A stretch of DNA of 64,000 nucleotides from positions 2,604,001 through 2,668,000 of the forward strand of contig JAYWIR010000027.1 in the NCBI GenBank assembly GCA_036172245.1. Reading direction: 5' to 3'. A model generated the notes under the pieces. It ran no database searches. It saw only the letters and a list, made by a program, of their open reading frames with translations, and was not told the origin of the DNA. Source of the DNA: Raillietiella orientalis. Taxonomy: Eukaryota. The stretch's first letter is position 1. Each line of letters starts with the position of its first letter. The position numbers and the translations under genes were made by a program. Below are positions 34,308 to 46,300 of this stretch, piece by piece.

Positions 34308-37300
34308 TCTTAAGGACGTATCCGTGGTCATCATCAGCCGGAACCCCCCCTCCCTCACATCCTGGCTGAAGAAGCAATCCGTCGCATACAGTCTTTTTGT
34401 ATTCTCACTGTGGGATTTTAAATAACAGGGGAATTTAAAAAAAAAAAAAAACAAAAAAAAAAACAAAGGGTTTTTAAAGCCCGAAATCAATACGCGCTGT
34501 ACAATCTGATCCCTGGGTTCCCTGGAGACTCCATCACCCATGTACGCGCTCGGCTTCTGGGAGCTTCGTGCTGAAAATCGCACTTTTCGTGGAGGAATGC
34601 TGAAGTGATGATTATGGTGGACTGATGATGATTCGTGGGGAGTTCTTGCGTGAAGTGGATCGAGCCGAGCTGCGTGGACTACAGGCAGGAAGACGGCGAT
34701 TGCAAGTGTTCCGTGTTATTCAGGCGGAGAGAGGATCGTAGCCAGTAAGCGTTGCAGGTGGGAAACTGATCACCATGGATCCTGGGAGGCGGGCAGAGCG
34801 CCGAGCTTTCCAGGCGAGGATGGTTTCTCACAAGGAAAGAAAGAACTTGTTGCCCTTTGTTTCGTTGGATTCAGGAGCTAACTCTTCAGCCACTGTTCTG
34901 CAGAGAAAACACAGGAAGGAATGCACGCGAAACACGAAACACAGAAAGAAAGGAAAAAAAGAAAAGAAGAAATCGGTCGATTATATCAGATGTTGATTTT
35001 GTCGACTATTAGGATAAAATTTCCAGAGCTGTCCACTCCCGTTGTTCTGACAGCAGTCCGGAAGATCTTAGCAGGATTCGCCAATGATGGACTGACGAAG
35101 CTGCTATTGGAACACACGTCCTGGATGTTAAAGCACAGGGAAAAGAATCCCATGGACACGGATGGACCGGCGGGCATTCGTTACCTTTCTTGGGTTTGGG
35201 GAGACCTCCCAAGGGGAGGAAAAAAAGATCAGCCGTTGCGATTTTCAGATATCCGGTTTTGATGGTGAATGTCCGCATAGTCCAGGGGGAAATCCTTGCT
35301 TGCCAGTGAAGAGCGCTCCATCCACTCGGACCACAGCACGAAAGTGAGCTCACGCCCAGCCAAAGAGGACCGCAGGCAGCGCGATTAACTCGGCCTCGAC
35401 TCCATTAGCAGGAGCTTATCCCGGGAGGGAAGTCCAGCAGAGTTTGCGAGGGTGGACAGGCGGTGGTGGGTTTCCCACTCGCAAGTGGTGCGTGTGCCTA
35501 CTCGATGGTCTTCCCACCCGCGATCAACTCTGCGCCGCAAATGGATCACTGGGTTAATCATCCTCTCGATAGCCGATCATCCGACCATAATGTATGCTTT
35601 TTCCCACTCGCAGGCGAAATAGCCTGTGTTTTTTTTTTGTTTATATTTGTTCCTTGTACTTCTCGTTCACGCGCACAATCATCTGGTTCCCTCACCTCCC
35701 CCTCTCCCCCTCATCCTCTCCCGAAACTTTCGTTAAATCACGCTCATTACGAGCTCTGTTATAGTTATGATATGACAAGTTGAGTGTCGACTTTCTATTA
35801 CAGGCGCGCTGCATTTGCATGCCGTGCACACAAACGTGCCGTTGCCTGGCCACCCCTCTGTCATGGCAGCGGTCCGGGAACGCCACCGTCGGCAGGCGGA
35901 CGTCTCGGCACGCATTCGACCTGCCCAACAATGCGAGGGACTTTCGTCCGCGGAGGAGCGGGAAAAAAATAAAAATAAAGGAGGAGGGGGGAGGGGGAGG
36001 AGAAACAGAAAAAAAAAAATCAATAAATCCGGGAACTGCTGACACGCCTCCTCCTTTCGAAGCTTCAAAGATCACGACTTGAGAAGTTTGCACTTTTTTT
36101 TTTTTTTTTTTGCAGCGTTTCTTCATTTCGTAATCTCAGTAAAAGTTTCGCCGTTTTGTTTTGTTTTGTTTTCGTATTTTCTTTTGGGTGGTGGTGGTGG
36201 TGGTGCTCGCGTGGGCACTTTAAATCAGCGGAAAACGGAAAAGAGCTGTATCCACCAGACACAAGCATCAAGTTTTCTCAATGCACTGTGAAAAAATGGA
36301 GAAAAAAAAAAGGGAGGGGGGGAGGGGGGAGAAAGAGGGAGAAAAGCTGCGGATGTGAATGAACCAACAAACATCCCACCCTGCTGACTGCGTGGGGGAA
36401 CATGCGGCTACCTAACGTTCTTACGACCCCCCCCCCCCTGTCGGAAGATTTACACCGCAGGGTTTATTTTTCGGTTCTCAGCGGAGCGGATCAGGAATTT
36501 TTTGGCCCCCGCGCATTTCCCTCTCGGAAACGAGTTCCCTTTCTTCCCGGGTTTCGAGATGCCACTTTTTTTTCTTTCTTTTTTTTTGTTCCGGATACTC
36601 ACCCCCAAAAAAAAAGAAACTGCTCCGCTCGTACGATTGAGGGGGGTCGCATCCCTCGGCCATTCGGATGCTCTCGCGGGCCTGACTGCGTCATTTCCGG
36701 AGAGTCACCGTTCGTGCGATCTTTCAGATGCTGCCCCCGGCGTTCGCGGAGAGAGGGGGGTTGCCCCGCCTGGTCCTCTTGTCACTTGTTGCCAGGCGAC
36801 CACGCATGCACCTTCTCGACGGTGTTCCTCCCCTCCTAGCTCCTGACCCCACCCTGATATCTCTGTCCCTCGTCCGCTGTCGAAAGCAACCCGCGTTCCG
36901 TTCTCCCGGACGACGGAGGCGAACGACCCACGAAATCTTGGGGCTGTGATTCTTGACCACCCCTGCGGCTTTCCTTCCCGAGGGGCCTGGAGAGCCGTCG
37001 CGCGGTCGACGATCCCGTCCGCTCGACTCCCCCATCGCCCTCCCCTCCTTCGTCAGCAATCCAGGGCGGCAACGAACTCCTCCGCTTCTTTTTGCAGGAG
37101 GGTGGCTCCGTCTTCCTCTTCTACGGGAGAGGAAGGACAGCAGGGGGGGGGAGGGTCACGACCCACGAGAGATGCAAGTCCGCTCTCGCGCCCCCTCCCG
37201 TTGGTGCCTCCGGCTTTTCCCGTCTTTCTTCCCCTCCTTCCCCGCTGCTGCCGCGAAGGGGACACGCCGGACAGCGACGGGAACCCTTTCGCGCGCTCGC

Positions 37301-40300
37301 GCGTGACCTACACGCGGGGGCGGAGGCCGTGGCCTGGACACCGATCTTCTGTCTGGGGAGGAAGACGAGAAGCGGCGTTCCGTTCCCCCGTCTCCCACCC
37401 CCTGTAGCTTTCACGAGGGCACGAGCTGTGCCTCCCAGTGCGTGCTTGCCCACCCGCCTGAGAAGGTGCGGTCAATCCTGCCGAGGTCGTTGGACCCGCA
37501 GGCAGAGCACCTGCTCGGGGGAAGGTAAACAGGGGAGTCAGGGACCTGCGCCTCGATGGGAGAAGGCGCGGCGGGGTCTCCAGGCCGGAGATCCCGCGGA
37601 GATCGTTGCCACAAGAGGAGGGGTGGGGTGCCCGGCGGCCACCGTGTCGCGCTGGAGGGAGATCCTCCCTACTTTCCCCCAAGCCCCGGCAGCCGCCCTC
37701 GATGCTCAGCGGATGAGAACCGCGCTGCAGGCCAGCTCGGAAGTTTCCCGAAGTGGCTTCGGCGATCCCGGAGCTTCCCGGAGATGCGCGAGGAGGAGGC
37801 ACGGGAGCGGAGGGCTTGCGGACCCTTTCCCGTCCTCTCGCGCGCTCTTGGCGCATGGGTAGACGAGGAAGGTGGCGCCTCTAGAGAGGCAGGCTTGGTG
37901 CTGCGGCTGCGCGGTTCAGCGCCTACTTCGCCGAGGGAAGGACCACAGGGGCCCATGGGCAACGGAAGTCCGTCGAGAGTGAAGCTAATGACTGTCGTCC
38001 GCACACACCTTCTCCTGCTGTCCGGAAGATGGCACGGCGGACGCTTCGGTGGAGACAAAAGCTTTGCGCGCGCACCGCTTCGTGAGGAAGGGGAGGAGCG
38101 CAAGCCTGCAGGCTGGGCAGGAGGGAAGACAGGGGAGTTGGGGGTGGGGGAGCAGTGCGGCGGATGACGGACTCTCTTCTCCACCCCTCCACTGTCCTCC
38201 GGGTCTTGGGGGTTGATCGTAGGAGAGCGGGTGGAAGGTCTTCTCACCTGCTGCTGCTGCCAAACCGCTGCCACCTCCAGAAGTCACGTATAGGGGAGGA
38301 TAAAGGAAGGGGGAGAAGTGTCGATTGGCCGGAGTGTTGAGGAGGAGGGGGAGCAGATGCCGCGTTTTCTCCGGACTCGGCAGGCAGCGGTGACCGGTCT
38401 GAGCGTGGAGGATCAGCGGGAGGAACGAAACTGCGTTTCCAGGCGACGAGGAGAGCACGCAGCGGAGGGAGCGGAGACCGGAAGGGAAGAGGAAAAGGAG
38501 TTCAGCGATCCGCGTGACCTGAGGAGCAAACCTCGTGACCGCCACGAGAGAGGCAGGCGGAAGATTTCCTTCCCGTTACCTGGCGACGAGCGTCGTCGCA
38601 TGGCGGAGAAGGAGAGGGCAGAAGAGGAGGAGTCCCCTCTGCTCCGCCGGCGAGTCTGAGCCTAACTTCCGCTCCCAGAAGGACCCTTTTTTCTCTTCCG
38701 CCTGATGGCGGGTCCCTCTCCTCCGGACAGAGGGATGGCGATGGCAGCACCTGCTCCCTCGGGAGGGAGCTTCTTTCAGAGGGCGGACGTCATCTCCCTT
38801 TCCCGGGGGCCTAGCCAGCTCCGAAGATTCTTCCCTTGGTTTGCTGCCCGTCTCTTGGACGGCGGCTGAGTTCTGCAGGTCTCGCAGCAGCCCGCATGTC
38901 CCCCCCCTTCTTCCATCATCGAGGTCCGCCGCTCCCTGCCACGCGAATGGCCTAGGAGGGACCGAGAAGGCAGGGGCAATCACGTCCTCGAAGACCCTCA
39001 AGGAAGATGAGCGGAGGTTAGAGGGCAAACGCGAGGGTCGTCCAGCAGGTGTGTTGCTGGGATAGCGGCGCCGGGGGCTGCCGAGCTCGCAGGAACACAC
39101 GCGGGGGGCATCCGAGGAGACCGCTTCTTCTCCCCTGGCCTCCTATCCAAAAGACTGGGAGAGGGAAGAAAGGAATGGGAAGGGAAACTTCCCCTATCTG
39201 CGATCCGGGGAATGAGGGCAGCCAAAAGTTCTCCCTCCCTCCCCGTCCATCGAGTGCGCTCAGGGTAAATCCGCCGCGACTTACAGGCCATCAAGGTCGC
39301 TTCTCCCCCCGTCACGACCGGAGGCTACGCCCCGGACTCTTCCCTCATCCTCCACATCTAGTGAGGAAGGTTCGCCGAAGGCGCCTCTCTTGGATTTCGG
39401 GACGACCCTCATGCATGTGGCCTCGAACGTCCCCGGGCCCCGCTTCCTAACAAGCAAGAGAAGGCGTGTTTGACAGCTCTGACGCGAGTCCTGACCTTGT
39501 CCTCCCCTCGGATTGCCTTCCCTGCAGAATGAGCCCCCCGGCAGAATCGACCAAAGGCGCTTCAGTGGTGCCGGAGCTCGAAGGGGGGGAGGGGAGGCGA
39601 CACCCTCACCGGCCCGCATCCTCGGGGATCTGCCGCGTGGGGCTCCCTTCCCCTCATTTCACAAGTTACCAGGGACACCTCCCTCCCCGGTCGCTCCTAG
39701 GGAAGGGCCGAGGGGTTCTTATAGTCTTCCCCCCGCTACGTGCCCGACAGCGGCCAAGAGAGGCAGAGGGAGATCCTTAGTGGAAGCGATTGGCGTGCAG
39801 TCGAGGGAGCTCTCTGGGGTCGGGTGGGGCGGCTGACATTCCCGCACAGATCAGATCATCCCCACTCTCTCCTTGCGGGGAGACGGGCAGCCCTCGACAG
39901 GGAGGTGAGATCGCCAGCCAGGCCGCCGGTGCTGCTGCGGCCAAGGGAGAACGGGGGGGGGGGGAAGGAGAGGAGGAGAAGCAACTGGAGGGAGCAGTGA
40001 CAACGGTTCCTGGGAGCGAGGTCTGCCACAAGCCAGCTCGTCTCTCGGAGCCAGCGGAGGGTGGTCACAAGCCGCCGCTGGCGCCGAGAAGGCCGTCACG
40101 AGGTCTTCGACTTGCGAACCAGTGGAAAACCTCCTCCCTTCCTCCCTCCTCCTCCTTTCCTCTTCCTCTCTTCCTCCTCCCTTCCTCTTCGACCGCAAAG
40201 GCGACCTCCGGAGGCAGCCACGGGCGGGCCGACGCGGCGCACCCCTAAGGAGGGGTGCCATCTGAGGGCAGGAGTCGTTCGTCCGCCGCGAGGGGGGAGA

Positions 40301-40544
40301 TGCGCGCTTCCTCTCCCCAGTCCTCCTTCGTCCCCTTCCTTCGCCTCGCCGGCACGGGCCGCGAGCCCCCGCCGGGCCTTCCCTCCCGGAAAGGCGCCAC
40401 ACGCCGCGATGCCTGACCTGCCCTCGTCTCTCACGCTTCCGGTCAGACGCGCGGCGGCTCAAGGAAGAGCCTTCCGGCGTGCAGTCGACCGCTGCCTCCA
40501 CCCGCTGTGGCGCCGCAGCGCAGCGCATCCTTGAGGCTCCCACT

Positions 40545-40655
40545 GTACTACGGTTGCTGGTATTGCTATTGTTACTATTACTAATAGTACTATTATCACT
40601 TATTATTACTATTGCTATTTTTATTTCTATTACTGTAGTTATTACTATTATTACC
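40545..40655. repeat. Degenerate (TTA/CTA/TTG)n microsatellite
   Basis: Trinucleotide-periodic AT-rich tract inside GC-rich DNA. Confidence 0.8.
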
Positions 40656-42069
40656 AAGGTCCTAACGGGACGCACTTGGAGACGGGGTGCAACAGCAAGG
40701 GGGAGGAGGGGGTGGGCTCGAGTGGAGGGGACGGGGCAGAGGAGGTCAACGGCCGAAAGAGAGCACGGAATGGCCGGCCAGCGGGGTGTCGCGGGGGAAC
40801 GGAAGGAGCAAATATCTCAGGGAATGGGGGGGGACTCCTAGAGGTGACTGATGGAGCCGGACTCCCCCCTTCCGCGGGGCTCACCCCTTTCCGTGGACTG
40901 AGCGTGCGAGTCCATGGACGTCTCCGTGGAGGCGGCCCAGCCCCCGCCGCGGTCGCGACTGTGACTCTGGGGGCAGAGGCGGAGACAAGGACGGGCGAGA
41001 AAGTCGGGGATGGAGCCTTCGAGAGGGTGCGGCCCTGGCCTTCGGATCCAAAGCGACCCGCCCCATCACCAGGCGACGGGGGAACCCGAGTCTCCCTGCC
41101 CGGAGATCGCCTGGAAAAGGGCAGCGCACCTTTCTTTCGGAACGAAGGAGGGAGAGTCCCCCGCAACCGCAGTGCCTTGATGCGGTCATCCAAGGGGGCA
41201 GGAACCACACCCGTGGGCCGGAGTCGTCCTGAGGATGGCGGCCCCGTCCCTCCTACCGGACTGTTGCAGGCTCGCCTCAGGGCATATCGCCGCCTCCCCC
41301 CCCCTTCTTCGCCCCATGGCGCACCGGTCGGTGAGCCACTGCCGCCTCCCCAATCGGAGGGATCACAACCGAGGCGGTCCCGTCGCGAGGCTTCCCCGCC
41401 ACCCCAACTGACCTGATGGCTGGGGAGAGAGCAAGACCACAGGTCCCTTTCGCTGAGCAGACCCCGCCCCTCCGCTACCCAGAGGTGCGGGGGAAGGCGG
41501 GGAAGGTTTTCCTGGAGACGCTCCTCCAGCGCGCGGGCGGCAACGCGGAGCTCTGCGCGCTGCGGAGCGAGACTGGAAAGGGTCGATCTTCCCGAAACGC
41601 ATAGCCGACCGGGGAGGACCTGGCGGGACGCGTGGCTAAGGAGACGGAGTGCCGGGACCCTCCGTAACCTGTGTGGACGGAATCGCGCGTGGGAGAGGCG
41701 CGCCGGCATCATCCCTGTTGAGAAGCAGCTCGGGGGAAAAGGTGGAGCCCCAGAAGCATTCCTGAGTCCCCCGAACGGAAGGACGCAGCGTTTTCCTCCA
41801 GGGGCCGAGGGGACACCGTGGCAGGCCGGCGCGTGAGTTCCCGTGGCAGCGGCGGCGGCACCAACGAGTGACTCCGCGAGAGCGCCCCGTGTTGCGCAGC
41901 CGCACGAGAGACCTGCTGCCAATGTTGACAGTGGCTCCGGCAGCAGACACGCCGACGACGGAGACAAGAGCAATGCCAGGAGCGTCACTGTGGTGACTCC
42001 TAGCGGCGCGCGGGCACCGTTGTCGTCATCCTTTGCTTCTGCCATGATCAGCACTGCTCTGCAGGCGCC

Positions 42070-42350
42070 ACCTATGCAAGCTGCTGCTGCTGCTGGCGCT
42101 GCCCCCGCCACTGGGCGGACGCAGCCGCTGCCTCCCATTGCTGCCGTCCTGTGATGATAATGGCGACTGCCGATGGCTACCGAGTGATACAAGAAAAAAA
42201 GGGAGCGATTCGCAACCACGGCGACGATAGAAGCGGAAGTAATAATGGTGGCGGCAGCAGGAATGATAATGGCAGCAGACGGCAGCAGAATGGCGGCAAT
42301 AATAGCAAAACTAATGAAAGTAGTAGCGTTCGTGGCTGCTACTACCAATA
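42070..42350. repeat. Low-complexity trinucleotide tract (GCT/AAT/GGC mix)
   Basis: Visible 3-nt periodicity; it generates the Ala/Ile-rich spurious ORFs. Confidence 0.6.
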
Positions 42351-42911
42351 AAAAACACAGAAGCTACGAAAGCGGGTGGTCAAGAGCAGCAGCGGTTACG
42401 ATGGCAACAGATGTGGCAGTGATGACGGCCACCAGAGCTGTCGCAGCAGCGAGCCGCAGTGTGGTGGCGAGCGGTGGCTCCGACGGAGACCGGCAGCGGT
42501 CGCGGTGGCCTCGCTCGCTCGCTTAGTGGCTGTTGCGACCGCCAGAGCGGTACGTTGGCGACCCGCAGTCGCGCCGCCCGTTGCGGGCGCTGCTGGGGAA
42601 GGGACCCACGATCCACGGGAAGTTTGCTTTGGACACTGGTGCCGGGACGCTCCCCTCGTCCTGCGGGAGGCGGTGGCGGCATCATGCACGCGCCCGTGCA
42701 GCCTCAGGGGAGAGAGGAAGAGAGTCAGGGAGAGAGAGGGCAGATCAGGAGAACGGGAGGGAAGAGTAACCGGTCCGTGGGCTCGCGGTTGACCTGGAAA
42801 CGGAGCACGCCAGCCAGCAGAAAGCCGGACGCGCGCGGGTTGTCCGAGAAAGCGAGAGAGTCCCGCGCGCGTTGGCGTGGCGTCCATTTCACCCGGGCAC
42901 CAGAAAGAGGG

Positions 42912-42960
42912 GCGGCAGCGGCGGCGGCGGCGGCGGAGGAGGAGGAGGAGGAGGAGGAGA
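42912..42960. repeat. (GGC)n(GGA)n microsatellite upstream of the Skeletor-like gene
   Basis: Direct reading of the sequence. Confidence 0.9.
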
Positions 42961-43380
42961 GGGGGGGAGGCAGGGAGGAGAGAAGGAGAGATGAGAGGGT
43001 GCACCGCCGTCGTCCCCTTCGGCTCTTCCTTGAACGGCAGGGGCGACGCTTCGCCCTTCCTCGCCCCGTTCTCCTGGACGACAACGTCACCCGGAGCTGG
43101 TGGCAACGAAGGCGACCCGCGGGTCACAGTGATCCCTGCGAGGGCCGGGTCGACCGGACAGAGGAAGGGCAAGCGACTCCCTATCTGGCACCGCCGCCGT
43201 CTCGAAGCGCGCTCGCGGCCCGGCGCCGGATTGAGGTCGGCGAGCCCCACCGCGCTCGCGCCGCCTCCTCCGACAGCCAATCAGCGCGCTCGGCCCGAGT
43301 CCGACTTGAGCCCGCCGCCCGGCGAGCCGCAGCGCAGTCGCGCGCAGTCGGCGGCTCTCCGTGGTGGTCTCTCAGGTGCG

Positions 43381-46300
43381 ATGCTCGCCCAAGCCGCGGT
43401 CGCGGCCCTGTGTAAGTCTGCTCTTTGCTCCTCTCCCCTTCCCCCTCTACCCCTGGGGACCGCCGCGCCAGACCCCCTCCCCGCATGGGATCCGCCTGCG
43501 GGGTTCTGCAGGGGCGGCCGCGGGAATTCCCGTCTGGCCGTCCTCGCCGCCACCGCCGCCTCGAACGGCTCCACTGGAAAGAGGGTGGTGCGTCTCCTCC
43601 TCCCTCAGGAATTTCTCTCCCCAGCTCCCATTCCTCTTCCTCCTCTCCGTTCCTACTGGGGGATTCCGCCCGCCCATCCAGCCTGCCTGTCCGCGCTCTC
43701 CCCTAGCAGTTTCGTCCCGTAGGCTGCTTGGCGGCGCTGTGTGCGGGTCAGGAGAGGTCCCGGTACGGATCGTACATAGGCTCGCTGTTCTCCACAAGGT
43801 TACGTGACGTCAGAGGCGACGTGTACGCCGTGGACGCCAGGACGATCTTCATCAAGGGCTTCACCTTCGGCGGGAGGCACACAGGTAACACCCGCGGCTG
43901 CGGAGGGACCGGAAGAAGGGACTCCCCGTCTCCCCTCCTTTCGACCGCGATTACCTGGCGGGAGGACAGGCGGCGGCAAACGTCCGACGGAAGCGTAGCG
44001 GAGCGCAGGAGAACCACCGCCGCTTCCTCTGAGCTTCGGTCGCGTGCGTGCGCACCGGGAGCAGTCGTGAGGGAGGTGCGCTCCGGGCATCCCGCAAGAA
44101 AGGGTGTGGGTGTGGAAGGGGGGCTAGGCTTTAGGCCAGCGGCAGCCCACCTCCCTTCCTCGTCGCCCTCTCTCGTTCCGTTTTGCGCTGCTGCCCCGGG
44201 CGTCCCGGGGGAACAAGAAGCCGGGGCAGTCCTCCTCGGCAGGGCTGAGGCACGTGGCGGGGTCGAGGGCGGAGGAACTGTCCTTCCTCCTCCCCCCAGC
44301 CTGCTCGGCTGCAGCTCACCGCACTGCGCAGCGCGATCGCTTGCCTCTTCGTTTCTCAGCCGTCCGCGGAGTGGCACCGTAGCAGCCTTTAGTCCCGCCC
44401 GGCGCTCGCAAGCGGAGGGGCCGCCCCGCACCCGAGCGGACCCTCGCGGCCCACCCTCCGCTTCTGGCAACGGGAATACCCTTGTTCCTGGGACAGAAAT
44501 GTCTGTGATGGGTCTGGGTCTTCCGTCTCCTCCCTTTCGACTCCCGCCCCTCCCCTCCACAGCGGCTCAGAACTCCCCGCCTGCAGGCCAGACCCCCAGA
44601 CGACGACCTTCCCTCTCTGCCCGACTGGCTGGCTCCGAACTCGAGACTGCCTATCCGATGCCTTCGACCCGTGCGCACGGTCAAGCGCCTAGGGTCAGGC
44701 AGCTCGTCACTCACCGTGGCAACCGAAAGCGGCGGTGGTCCCGCTTCGCAGATGCAGCCTCGTCAGCTGCGCGGAACTTGCACTGTCCCCCACCGAGGGT
44801 AAGGGGCCGCAGGCGCTTTGAGGGGGTGCCTTCCAGATCGACAGTCCTTCCCTGCCCGCCACCGCTTCCCTCTGCGGTCGCTGCGAACCCGCGGTTGCCC
44901 TGCCGCCGCGTCCCTCCTGCCGCATGGAAACGGTGCTTCACCCTCGGGTCAACTCTTCTCCGGGCTTCCTAAGGCCCCGGAGGTGTTCCCCTCCCCGCGC
45001 GCACTCGGGTGGCCTCGCTCACCCGTATCCCGACTCTTTGCGGAATCCCCTCTCGAACACCTCCACTCGAAGGCGCCTTTGAAGCAGCCTGGATTCCCCC
45101 CCTCCAGACACGCACGCTTCCTCTTCCATCTCGGATCCTCCCCCTGTAACGCGTCAACTCCCTCCCCTCCTCGCCTCCTTTGGCTGGTCGGCCCCGCGCG
45201 CTCTTCCCTACTCTTCCAGAGGAAGCGGAAGTGCTTCGGGCAAAGAAGGAAAAGAAATGGCCTCTCTTAACAAGACGACCTCAATGAATGCTGACCCCTC
45301 GTTCCTCCAGATTGCTCGTTTCCGGTCCTTCTGGGGAATCGGCGGTCCGGCTGATGAATCCATCTGCGGGCGGAAGCTGGAATGGAGCCGCGGTCTGCTG
45401 CGAAAAGAGAAGGTCGACCTCTCGTGAAAGGTGCGCCAGCGGGCGCAGGACTCCCGGCATGAAGAAAGCCCAGGGGACACTTAGTGCCCCTTCGCCCTCA
45501 CACGCGTGCGTGCAGTCGTCAGTGTTGCCAGGTGCACATCCACGATTCGGACAGACGGATGGACGTGGGTGTGCGCGGGCCCTCTCGGTGTGCGGGCGGA
45601 CGGACGCGTGGGCGCGCGATGCGCCGATGCGCTCTTCTGCCGGTTGCTAACGGGCAGTTGCATTTTTGCAGAAGCCTACTTCTACGTGGGACCCAACACG
45701 GGCGACAACTTCAGCGGACCCCCTGGCGAAGACGGCATCATCATCCCTGACGAGAACGGACGGTGAGTTGGCGACAGACCCTTCCCCTCCGCGTTCGCGA
45801 GGGAGGGCGGCCTGCTGAGGAGGTGCTTCTTTCGACTTCCGGGTCGCCCACACTCTTTCAGGAAGGAGGGAAGGGCGACGTGCTCAGTCTCTCTCGAGCC
45901 GCAGCCACCGTCCTTTTCCTTTCAAAGCTCGGAAACCGCCGTTCCCTCTCCACTTTGGGAGGGGACGGCTCACGCCCGCGGTCCTCAGCCCCCAGCTCTC
46001 GCAGGCAGGGCGTGGGGTGGCTCTCTCTCTCCGTCGGCGGAGCGGAACGTGCGCGTGGCACCCCTGCTTGCCGCGCGCGCCGCCGCGGAGACATCTTCGA
46101 CCGCTCCCGGAGGCGAAAGCGGCGGCGGCGACGAAGTCCTCCCGAGCGGAGCTGAAAGCCGCGATCGCGTCCGCCGCGAGCACTCAGGCAAAGGGATGTC
46201 CGAATGGATTCTGGCTCTCGGTGCGCACCCGCAGCCAGCCCCGGCGCGACCTTTCGCGAGGGCAGCACGCACGCCTGCGCTTTCCAGCGTGCCGTTCCCT

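Noticed and set aside
40651..43722. 565-aa and other long ORFs upstream of the Skeletor-like gene
   Set aside because: Products of GC-rich and trinucleotide low-complexity sequence, overlapping in several frames.
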